A DNA stretch of 11,442 nucleotides from a virus. Taxonomy: Duplodnaviria > Heunggongvirae > Uroviricota > Caudoviricetes. This document shows positions 1 to 7,357 of this stretch, one piece after another; the stretch's first letter is position 1; every line of letters starts with the position of its first letter. The DNA is taken from the IMG/VR virus record IMGVR_UViG_3300042549_003167. One strand, given 5' to 3'. The notes below the pieces were generated by a model, which saw only the letters and a program-made list of their open reading frames with translations, was not told the origin of the DNA and ran no database searches. Both the position numbers and the translations under genes were made by a program.

Positions 1-2
1 TG

Positions 3-752
3 ACAACCTTTAAAGACGCTCTATTAGGCATAGGAATGACTGGTATTGCTTCTGGAGAAGTATTGAAATACAATCTAGAAGTGGCAGCAGCTGTTGCTAA
101 GAAGACAAATCAATTAATCACTGAGATTATTGGCACCAACGAAGCAGCTCGTATTACATGTATCAAACCTTCAGGAACTACATCATTAGTCTTAGGTACA
201 GCAAGTGGTATCCATGCTTGGCATGCTCCTTACTATCTACGTACAATGAGATTTAACAAGAGTGAAGACCTTGCACAATACTTGATGATCAATCACCCAG
301 AGTTGTGTGAAGATGATGTATTACGTCCTACAGATACTTTATGTGTACGTATTCCTGTTAAAGCTCCTAATGATTCTATTCTACGTACAGAGACAGCAAT
401 TAATACGCTAGAGCGTGTTAAGAGATTCTCTACAGAATGGGTAAAATCAGGACATATTAATGGTGCTAATACACATAACGTCTCAGCAACAATATCTGTC
501 AAAGAAGGAGAATGGGAAACTGTAGGAGATTGGATGTGGAATGAACAGGAACATTATAATGGTCTTTCTGTATTACCAGCCTTTGATCACACATATAAAC
601 AAGCTCCATTCGAGGACATTACAGAAGAACAATACAATGTACGCATTAACACATTGAAAGCCATAGACTTAAACAAGGTGATGGAGATTGATGACAATGT
701 TGAGTTTAGTCAAGTGGCAGCTTGTGCTGGTGGTGCTTGTGAAATACAATAA
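3..752 (+). CDS. nrdJ: Class II (adenosylcobalamin-dependent, monomeric RTPR-type) ribonucleotide reductase, C-terminal part, 5'-truncated by the window
   Basis: The frame is open from base 3 (TTFKDALLGIGMTGI), so ATG 36 is internal. Recognised motifs are TCIKPSGTTS, GIHAWH, HNVSATI, NGLSVLP, YKQAPFEDIT and the C-terminal ACAGGACEI cysteine pair. Confidence 0.93.
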   Translation, partial: TTFKDALLGIGMTGIASGEVLKYNLEVAAAVAKKTNQLITEIIGTNEAARITCIKPSGTTSLVLGTASGIHAWHAPYYLRTMRFNKSEDLAQYLMINHPELCEDDVLRPTDTLCVRIPVKAPNDSILRTETAINTLERVKRFSTEWVKSGHINGANTHNVSATISVKEGEWETVGDWMWNEQEHYNGLSVLPAFDHTYKQAPFEDITEEQYNVRINTLKAIDLNKVMEIDDNVEFSQVAACAGGACEIQ

Positions 753-753
753 T

Positions 754-933
754 ATGGAAAAGAAAGAATTCATAAAAGATGTTGATTATTATCTTGAAGA
801 TGGTTTTGTAGTCTTTACAGAGAAGTATCATATAGAAAAAGGAGAGTGCTGTGGTAATGATTGCAGACACTGTCCATATGAGAAACCTGCTATAAAAGGC
901 AACAAAATGTTAGTAGATGATAAAATAAGATAA
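754..933 (+). CDS. Small Cys-rich protein, DUF5522-like (59 aa)
   Basis: Pattern YYLEDGFVVFTEKYH..KGECCGNDCRHCPY. The ATG at 754 lies 1 nt after the nrdJ stop; the track start at 688 overlaps nrdJ and is unlikely. Confidence 0.8.
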   Translation: MEKKEFIKDVDYYLEDGFVVFTEKYHIEKGECCGNDCRHCPYEKPAIKGNKMLVDDKIR

Positions 934-938
934 AATAG

Positions 939-978
939 TTTGCGTGTATATGCATAAGTATGCGTATGTTTGCATCTC
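939..978 (+). repeat. Four phased 10-bp units (TWTGCRT core) that also fold into a 15-bp stem-loop (941-974)
   Basis: Units are TTTGCGTGTA, TATGCATAAG, TATGCGTATG and TTTGCATCTC. Bases 941-955 pair with 960-974 through 10 Watson-Crick pairs, 4 G-U pairs and 1 U-U mismatch, with loop AAGT. Confidence 0.6.
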
Positions 979-998
979 TGTTTTTCGTTAATTGTGTC

Positions 999-1035
999 AG
1001 CCCCTGGGATTTCTATCTTGGGGGCTTTATTTTTT
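999..1035 (+). terminator. Rho-independent terminator after the nrdJ-DUF5522 unit
   Basis: AGCCCCTGGGAT-TTCT-ATCTTGGGGGCT forms a 12-bp stem with 3 G-U pairs, followed by TTATTTTTT. Confidence 0.85.
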
Positions 1036-1070
1036 AACGAAAAAAGTATGGAAATATCAGAGAAAAGTAG

Positions 1071-1078
1071 TAAATTTG
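1071..1078 (+). promoter_or_regulatory. Bacteroidota-type -7 promoter element (TAnnTTTG) upstream of recA
   Basis: TAAATTTG is intergenic, downstream of the terminator and 18 nt before the recA ATG. No clean -33 TTTG was seen, and the motif also occurs by chance in this AT-rich DNA. Confidence 0.55.
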
Positions 1079-1096
1079 TATACAAAATTAACAATT

Positions 1097-2128
1097 ATGG
1101 CGAAAGCAGTAAAACAACCAACAGACAGTGGTGTCTCTAAACTCCAAGACGCTTTGGATAAATTAAACAAAGCATATGGTACAGGTACAGTGTTATCATT
1201 AGATTCAAAAACAGATGGACATTATGATGTTATCAGTACAGGTTCAATTGGATTTGATTGGACTACATTAGGAACAGGAGGATTTGTAAAAGGTAAGATG
1301 TATGAACTAATGGGATGGGAAGGTTCAGGCAAATCTACAATTTGTGGTCATGCAGTTGCTGAATGTCAAAAGGCAGGAGGCAGAGTAGTTTACATTGATG
1401 GCGAGCATGCTGTTGATAAAAACTATTTTGAAGCAATTGGTGTAGACACAACCAAGATGTTAATTGCTCAACCAAGTTGTGGTGAGGAAGGTTTTAACAT
1501 TGCAATGGATATGATTGCTACAGGAGAAGTTGATTTAATTATCATTGACTCAGATAGTTCTTTACTACCTAAGAAAGTTATTGATGGTGAAGTGGGTGAC
1601 AGTGCAATTGGTAAGAAGGCTGTGTTAAATAACAATGCCTATCCAAAACTAAAAGGTGCCCTATCACAACACAATGTATGTGTGATTGTCATCTCTCAAT
1701 ATCGTGAGAAGATTGGTGTGATGTTTGGTAATCCAACAACCACACAAGGTGGACATGCATTGAAGTTCTACACAGATGTAAGAATTGAGGTGAGCAAAAC
1801 TGGTGCCAAGGATGGTGATGTACAATATGGTAATTTCACTAAGGTGAAAGCTATTAAGAATAAGATGAGTCCTCCATATAAACTATCTACATTTGAGATT
1901 GTGTATGGTGTAGGTATTGATAAAGTGAAAGAGATTATGGAACTTCTTAATGAGTTTGAACTTGGTAGAAAATATGGTAAGACTATGACATTTAATGATA
2001 TTAAATATGACTTAGATGACTTTAAAAGAATGCTTGTTGATAATGAGGAATTCTATAATGAAATCAAACAAAGCATTATTAATAAGATTAAACAACCTAA
2101 AATTGAATTAGCAGATGTTGAAGATTAA
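1097..2128 (+). CDS. recA: RecA recombinase, divergent phage type (343 aa)
   Basis: Motifs ISTGSIGFD, Walker A GWEGSGKST, YIDGEHAVD, Walker B LIIIDS, and QYREKIGVMFGNPTTTQGGHALKFY. ATG 1097 follows an A-rich leader; the track start at 992 runs through the terminator. Confidence 0.95.
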   Translation: MAKAVKQPTDSGVSKLQDALDKLNKAYGTGTVLSLDSKTDGHYDVISTGSIGFDWTTLGTGGFVKGKMYELMGWEGSGKSTICGHAVAECQKAGGRVVYIDGEHAVDKNYFEAIGVDTTKMLIAQPSCGEEGFNIAMDMIATGEVDLIIIDSDSSLLPKKVIDGEVGDSAIGKKAVLNNNAYPKLKGALSQHNVCVIVISQYREKIGVMFGNPTTTQGGHALKFYTDVRIEVSKTGAKDGDVQYGNFTKVKAIKNKMSPPYKLSTFEIVYGVGIDKVKEIMELLNEFELGRKYGKTMTFNDIKYDLDDFKRMLVDNEEFYNEIKQSIINKIKQPKIELADVED

Positions 2129-2567
2129 ACTACAAAAGACAACAGAGGATGCAAACATGCCATTTAAAGCATCCTCTGATGCTGCTTGCTATGATGTATA
2201 TGCTCATAGCATTATCAGTAAAGAAGAAGGTAAAGTACATGTAGGACTTGGATTTAAAACTGAAATCCCTAAGGGATATAAAGGCATTCTAGTTCCACGC
2301 AGTAACTTAACTAAATACTTTTGGATGATGAACAACTCCTTTGGTGTAATTGATGCTGATTACAGAGGAGAGTGGATGGCAATATTTACACAAATTCCTG
2401 TTCCTTTAGGTTCTCATGAAGGCAAAACATCATTTCCTTACAATGTAGGTGATAGAGTGGGTCAAATATTCTTTGAACCTGTAATACCTATATCTTTTGA
2501 AGTGGTGCCTGAGCTAGAGCAATCTGATAGAGGTGAAGGAGGATTTGGTTCAACTGGTTTGAAATGA
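2115..2567 (+). CDS. dut: Trimeric dUTPase
   Basis: All five motifs are present: AACYDV, PRSNL, GVIDADYRGE, GDRVGQ and RGEGGFGSTG. Confidence 0.96.
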   Translation: MLKIKLQKTTEDANMPFKASSDAACYDVYAHSIISKEEGKVHVGLGFKTEIPKGYKGILVPRSNLTKYFWMMNNSFGVIDADYRGEWMAIFTQIPVPLGSHEGKTSFPYNVGDRVGQIFFEPVIPISFEVVPELEQSDRGEGGFGSTGLK

Positions 2568-2959
2568 GTAAATGCAAAACCTGTGGTAAAAACTGTGAAG
2601 GAGACTATTGTTTTCAGCACAAGCCTAGAAAACCTCTAAAAGCTACTAGTGGATTTACAAAATCTGTCAAGAAAGAAGACCCAATTCGAAAGAATATAGA
2701 GATGAAGGACTTTTTCTTACAGATTTGGAAAGATAGACCCCATAAATCTGAGATTAGTGGATTGCCTTTAGGATCTGAGCCTTTGTCAACGTTCTTTCAT
2801 CACATTCTACCAAAAAATAAATATCTAGAAGCTTCTTTAGATGAAGAAAATATCATACTTTTGACGTGGGAAGAACATGACCAGGTAGAAAATGATACAA
2901 CTAGGTACGAAGAAGTAAACAAAAGACGTGAACAATTAAAGAAAAAGTATGATATATAG
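2564..2959 (+). CDS. HNH-fold nuclease-like protein with an N-terminal Cys/His knuckle
   Basis: N-terminal CKTC..C....C..H, followed by SEISG....FHHILPK...ENIILLTWEEH, which resembles an HNH core. ATGA overlap with dut. Confidence 0.6.
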   Translation: MSKCKTCGKNCEGDYCFQHKPRKPLKATSGFTKSVKKEDPIRKNIEMKDFFLQIWKDRPHKSEISGLPLGSEPLSTFFHHILPKNKYLEASLDEENIILLTWEEHDQVENDTTRYEEVNKRREQLKKKYDI

Positions 2960-3368
2960 ACTATTATTACTAATTATCCTGTTTTCAGGATGTTCTTCTG
3001 AAACATTTACAAGATATCAAGTGTACACCCTTGGAGGAGATACATTTGATATTGATGTCATTGTCCTGATTACAGAAGATGTAGAGTTTGCTACTAAGTT
3101 TGTAAAAGATAACTTAGATTCTACAGTGACAATCCAAGACTTTGATGCTAGAGCTGTATCCTTTCCTACAGATGCAGGAAGATCTCCTATTATATGGATG
3201 GCTACCACAGATGATCAGGGTGTCATAGCACATGAGATATTCCACACTACTTTGAACATAATGTATTGGGCAGGTATGGAGCTTAACTCAGAGACAGAAG
3301 AAGCATTTGCATATGAGGTGCAGCATTTAACCAATTCTTTTTACAACCAAATAAATAAAATACAATGA
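2949..3368 (+). CDS. Putative lipoprotein zinc metallopeptidase (HExxH)
   Basis: N-terminus MIYRLLLLIILFSGC carries a lipobox-like FSGC. Also present are IAHEIFH and a downstream ETEEAFAY third-ligand-like segment. Confidence 0.65.
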   Translation: MIYRLLLLIILFSGCSSETFTRYQVYTLGGDTFDIDVIVLITEDVEFATKFVKDNLDSTVTIQDFDARAVSFPTDAGRSPIIWMATTDDQGVIAHEIFHTTLNIMYWAGMELNSETEEAFAYEVQHLTNSFYNQINKIQ

Positions 3369-3628
3369 GTTTATTCTTTTACACAAGAGAAGTAGATGGA
3401 AAGATCTACACAGACAGTTTTAACATTAACAAGGTAGTTAGATCTATGCAATTAGAAGATAACAAAGTAATCCTTGTATTAGATGACATACATGAGCGTG
3501 CTGAGCAAGTACCTGATGTTAAAAATGGTAAAGTGGTTGGTTCCAAAAGAGAACGTAACACTTTCCAAACAGAAATCACTTTAACTGGTGAAGATATTAC
3601 AAGATTCCATAACCTAGCAAATAAATAA
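3365..3628 (+). CDS. Hypothetical protein (87 aa)
   Basis: ATGA overlap with the upstream gene and a 1-nt gap to the next gene. No family recognised. Confidence 0.75.
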   Translation: MSLFFYTREVDGKIYTDSFNINKVVRSMQLEDNKVILVLDDIHERAEQVPDVKNGKVVGSKRERNTFQTEITLTGEDITRFHNLANK

Positions 3629-3629
3629 T

Positions 3630-3911
3630 ATGAAATTATTAGGAAATCGCATCTATTTAGAGATGCCTATTCAAGAAGAAGAAAACAAGATTGTTGTAGA
3701 TGAGAACACTAAAGAAGCATTACAAAGAGAAATGCTTAAGAAGTTTTCTAAGCTAAAAGTACACACAGTGGGTGATATTGTAACTACAATAAAAGCAGGA
3801 GATGTAGTTTTGGTAGATCCAGGTACATTAACAAAAGCTCCATTAGTTAACCTATCAGAGGATGAACAAGTATTACTAGTTTCTCCATTTGATGTTATAA
3901 TGATCTGGTAA
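3630..3911 (+). CDS. groES: GroES/Cpn10-like co-chaperonin
   Basis: The pattern LLGNRIYL..IVV..KVHTVG..IKAGDVVLV..EQVLLVSPFDVIMIW follows the GroES strand order; 93 aa. Confidence 0.7.
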   Translation: MKLLGNRIYLEMPIQEEENKIVVDENTKEALQREMLKKFSKLKVHTVGDIVTTIKAGDVVLVDPGTLTKAPLVNLSEDEQVLLVSPFDVIMIW

Positions 3912-3912
3912 T

Positions 3913-4659
3913 ATGAACCATCCATTTATATCATGTAAATGCATAACATATGGAAGAGTAGCCACGCTTGAGGAGAGTATTGAATCTTTCCTCAAGCAGG
4001 ATTACCCTGCAGATAAATGTGAACTTATCATAGTAAATGATTATCCCTTACAAACCCTTATATTTGAGCATCCTCAAGTTAAGGTAGTTAACCTAGTTAA
4101 GACCTTTGAGACCATAGGAGAGAAAGAAAACTATGCCACAGAGTTGTGCCAAGGAGATATTATATGTCAATGGGATGATGATGACGTGGCTCTACCAAAC
4201 CATCTAAAGAATGTAGCTAAATACATGACAGAAGAAGTTAACATACTTCATTGGCAAACAGGTGTGCTGTGTCATGTTACAGGTATTGAGAATGTTGGTT
4301 GGATAGGTAACTCTGGTATTGTCTTTAGAAAAGCAGCTTGGAAAGCAATAGGAGGACATCCTCTTGAAAATGCTGGATATGATATGACTTTTATAGAAAC
4401 CTTACATAAATATGGAGGTAGGCTATTTGCCAATCCACCTAAAGAAGAAGCTAGTTGGTTTTATATGTGGGGAGGACGTGGTTATCATATGAGTGGACAA
4501 GGTCATGATAAACCTGGTAAACTTAATGCTATTCAAAGACATAGTGCTCACATTGAACTGGAAAGAGTTATGGGAAGAGTTCCTACAGGAAATGTTCATC
4601 TTAATCCTTGTTGGGAAAAAAACTACACAGATTTATTAAAGAAATATTTAAACTTATAA
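3913..4659 (+). CDS. Glycosyltransferase family 2 (GT-A fold)
   Basis: ISCKCITYGR, ELIIVND, IGEKENYA and a WDDDD DxD motif. Confidence 0.88.
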   Translation: MNHPFISCKCITYGRVATLEESIESFLKQDYPADKCELIIVNDYPLQTLIFEHPQVKVVNLVKTFETIGEKENYATELCQGDIICQWDDDDVALPNHLKNVAKYMTEEVNILHWQTGVLCHVTGIENVGWIGNSGIVFRKAAWKAIGGHPLENAGYDMTFIETLHKYGGRLFANPPKEEASWFYMWGGRGYHMSGQGHDKPGKLNAIQRHSAHIELERVMGRVPTGNVHLNPCWEKNYTDLLKKYLNL

Positions 4660-4660
4660 A

Positions 4661-5197
4661 ATGGCACACACAGAACAGAGAGAATTCATGACAAGTGTAA
4701 AGGAAAAGTTTCCTGAAAAGTTTGTCAATTGCAGAGTGTTAGACATTGGTTCATTAGATATTAATGGAAACAATAGATATCTGTTTACAGATTATACATA
4801 TGTTGGTGTAGATATTGGTGAAGGAGAAAATGTAGACGTTGTATCTAGAGGACATGAATTTAAAGACTCTGAGGGATTTGATATTGTTATATCATCAGAA
4901 TGTTTTGAACATGATGAATTCTGGAAGGATACTATTAAAAACTGCATAAACCTAACTAAACCAGGAGGAATATTCTTATTTAGTTGTGCTACAACAGGAA
5001 GACCTGAACATGGTACCAAGAGAACTACTCCTCAAGACTCTCCATTTACATCCTTAATAGAAAATGATTATTACATGAATCTTACAGAACAAGATATTCG
5101 TAAAGAGATAGATATGGAAAATCATTTCTCACAGCATCAGTTTATCACTAGAGAAATATGGCCTCAGGATTTGTATTTTTGGGGATTAGCTCGTTAA
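4661..5197 (+). CDS. Class I SAM-dependent methyltransferase (Methyltransf_11-like)
   Basis: VLDIGS motif I, YVGVDI, FDIVISSECFEHD and LTKPGG. Confidence 0.9.
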   Translation: MAHTEQREFMTSVKEKFPEKFVNCRVLDIGSLDINGNNRYLFTDYTYVGVDIGEGENVDVVSRGHEFKDSEGFDIVISSECFEHDEFWKDTIKNCINLTKPGGIFLFSCATTGRPEHGTKRTTPQDSPFTSLIENDYYMNLTEQDIRKEIDMENHFSQHQFITREIWPQDLYFWGLAR

Positions 5198-6038
5198 CAT
5201 CAAAGACCCTGATTGTATTATCCCCATAGTTTGTTATAGCTATCTTATTGTTCTTATAATCAATACCATGTGGAAAGTTAAATCCACTTATGCGTTTTTC
5301 AATGTGTAGTTTATTGTCTACATATTTAAAATGCAACACTGTATCATCTCCTTGAACAGTAATGAATCCATCTTCTCCATTTACAACAATAGAGTCTGTT
5401 TGTCCATGGAATGTAGCTTCATCTATCTTCTCAAGTGTGTTCTTATCAAACGCATATACAATTGATTCTTTTATAACTGTTGTCTGTCCTATTTGAGGAA
5501 GACTGGCTGCACAGACAATGAACAACACATCTCCTACAATACATACATCTTTAGGATAGTGTTGAAAATTATTAAAACGTTTAATGATTTTATTACTAGT
5601 CACATCTATAAATAATAATCCTCTGTTGTCATCACTATTAGATGTTATGATGATAGTTTTATCATCTATTATACAGCACCCATGGGCTTTTGTATTTATA
5701 AGAGCAATTTCTTTTCTAAATACAATCTTTCCATCTATAAAATCATATATAGAAGCATGTCCATTAGGCTCTCCATGAGGATAGTCTGATGTTAAAATGA
5801 CACCATCTTTGTATTTCATAAGATCTGGAGAATGTCTTGTCTTTATCTCTTGAAGAATATTATGTCCTTCTGCAGTTATTTCCACTAAATAAAGCTTTCT
5901 ACTGTTAAATGCAGCTGAGACAAACAATGTGTCAGTGATGAAAGCCACAGCTGTAGCTGTTGAGAATCTCTTTCTATTACCTATAGTCACCTCTGGAGCA
6001 ATTGTTAGCTCCTTTCTAGGCATTTCAATCTTTATCAT
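5148..6038 (-). CDS. Beta-propeller protein (NHL/YVTN-like repeats), no signal peptide
   Basis: Repeating blade-like segments of about 40-45 aa; the last, FNFPHGIDYKNNKIAITNYGDNTIRVFD, is NHL-like. The start overlaps the upstream GT2 stop. Confidence 0.7.
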   Translation of the reverse strand: MIKIEMPRKELTIAPEVTIGNRKRFSTATAVAFITDTLFVSAAFNSRKLYLVEITAEGHNILQEIKTRHSPDLMKYKDGVILTSDYPHGEPNGHASIYDFIDGKIVFRKEIALINTKAHGCCIIDDKTIIITSNSDDNRGLLFIDVTSNKIIKRFNNFQHYPKDVCIVGDVLFIVCAASLPQIGQTTVIKESIVYAFDKNTLEKIDEATFHGQTDSIVVNGEDGFITVQGDDTVLHFKYVDNKLHIEKRISGFNFPHGIDYKNNKIAITNYGDNTIRVFDVNELIPKNTNPEAIFL

Positions 6039-6681
6039 AGTCTTGTATGGTTTTAATAGGAGGATTAGGCCAAGTTTGCTTGGATAAATGTACGTTTATA
6101 TAGTCTACATATGTTTTTCTTATAGGTGACCCATGCCCTGTTTCTTTTTTAACAGTGAGATTGTCTTGATGAAGTCTTCTGTAATAACAAACATCAGGGA
6201 TAGTTTTACAAGAGAAGTTGTTATATTGTAGTCTATTAACAAGTTCTGTATCAGCAGAGCATCTCCATGGATAGAATCCATTAATACTGTTAAACACATC
6301 TTTTTTAATGCCTATCACAGCATTGCTATATACAATTCCACTTAACAAAGGTTTCTTAATAAAGTCTATATAACTTAAATTTACATAATCCTTTGATTCA
6401 AGAACATTTGTAACCTCTTCTATTGTTCCTTCAGCCATGATATCATCACTATCAAAAAACAATATACTATCATATTTGGCTTGATCTACTAGTGTGTTCT
6501 TAATTACATAAGGACCCACATTCTCTTTAAAATAATAGACATTCTCTAAATGTCTAATGTGGTTGTATGTTTCTTCACATGCGTCCACCCCTATAAGAAT
6601 TTCACAATCTCCCTTAATAGAAGCTATACACTCGTCTATATATTTAGTTGCTTTATATGCAGGTATTATAACAGATAGCAT
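6025..6681 (-). CDS. Glycosyltransferase family 2
   Basis: LSVIIPAYK..YIDECIASI, EILIGVD, ENVGPYVIKN, FFDSDD (DxD) and YYRRLH. Confidence 0.92.
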   Translation of the reverse strand: MLSVIIPAYKATKYIDECIASIKGDCEILIGVDACEETYNHIRHLENVYYFKENVGPYVIKNTLVDQAKYDSILFFDSDDIMAEGTIEEVTNVLESKDYVNLSYIDFIKKPLLSGIVYSNAVIGIKKDVFNSINGFYPWRCSADTELVNRLQYNNFSCKTIPDVCYYRRLHQDNLTVKKETGHGSPIRKTYVDYINVHLSKQTWPNPPIKTIQDYDKD

Positions 6682-7310
6682 TAATCAATGTCTTTTTCTC
6701 TAGCAGTAGGAACACTCATAATCATATAAGTGGCTTTTGCTTTAGACTTCTTAAATACATATTTCTTTTTAAGCATTCTTTCCACTAATCTCCAATCATG
6801 TTCATATTGATCATCTGGTTCATATTCATCTTTAAGAGCTTGGGCTTTAAATATAAGCTCAGCATTACCAATCCCCCCTCTACTCAAACAAGCAACTCTT
6901 TCTTTGTTCCAAGGAACAGTGTATGCATTTAAATACCCTACATGTATATCAGGATTATCTTTCATAAAAGAATAATAACTGGTGAAATGGTTTGGTTTTA
7001 ACACATCATCATTATCTAAGAAACAAATATATTCTCCTGTAGCCATTTCTATTCCTTCTTTTCTAGCCATATGGCCCCAACCACTTCCTCTTTCTACAAG
7101 GTTTGTAAATATAAGTGTATTTCCTTTAGCTGCAGCTAGTTCTGTATACTTTTGGAAGGTACCATCATCAATCTTTTCTTGAAAAAGAGGACAACAGTCT
7201 CCTACAAATATAGCTTCATAACCTTCAAAGTCTTGAGCTATGACAGATTCAATAGCACGAATTGTTCTTTGTGGTCTTTTCCAACAAGGACATATACAAG
7301 TTAATTTCAT
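6681..7310 (-). CDS. Glycosyltransferase family 2
   Basis: LTCICPCWKRP..RAIESVIAQ, ARKEGIEMATGEYICFLDNDD and EHDW. TAATG coupling to the next GT2. Confidence 0.92.
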   Translation of the reverse strand: MKLTCICPCWKRPQRTIRAIESVIAQDFEGYEAIFVGDCCPLFQEKIDDGTFQKYTELAAAKGNTLIFTNLVERGSGWGHMARKEGIEMATGEYICFLDNDDVLKPNHFTSYYSFMKDNPDIHVGYLNAYTVPWNKERVACLSRGGIGNAELIFKAQALKDEYEPDDQYEHDWRLVERMLKKKYVFKKSKAKATYMIMSVPTAREKDID

Positions 7311-7325
7311 AATATTGGTTTAAAT

Positions 7326-7354
7326 AAAAAAAGCCTCCATTTCTGGAAGCTTTT
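7326..7354 (-). terminator. Rho-independent terminator after the basic-protein cluster
   Basis: On the minus strand, AAAAGCTTCCA-GAAA-TGGAGGCTTTTTTT forms a stem with one G-U pair valid only on this strand, followed by a U7 tract. It lies 3 nt after the stop at 7358. Confidence 0.75.
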
Positions 7355-7357
7355 CTT

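Noticed and set aside
992-1096. N-terminal extension of RecA suggested by the track
   Set aside because: It crosses a terminator and a promoter motif; RecA-like sequence begins at ATG 1097.
2115-2567. dUTPase motif variants (ACYDV, RSN) as a sign of altered specificity
   Set aside because: The catalytic motifs III and V are canonical, and such variants are within the normal range for phage dUTPases.
1888-3102. Further TAnnTTTG matches at 1888, 3041 and 3095
   Set aside because: They are inside CDSs and expected by chance in AT-rich DNA. The + strand match at 11430 cannot be judged at the window edge.
293-5778. Short opposite-strand ORFs (293-502, 828-1094, 3017-3208, 3671-3925, 4792-5019, 5584-5778)
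   Set aside because: All lie largely or wholly opposite well-supported genes and show no recognisable features. The same applies to 6982-7182.
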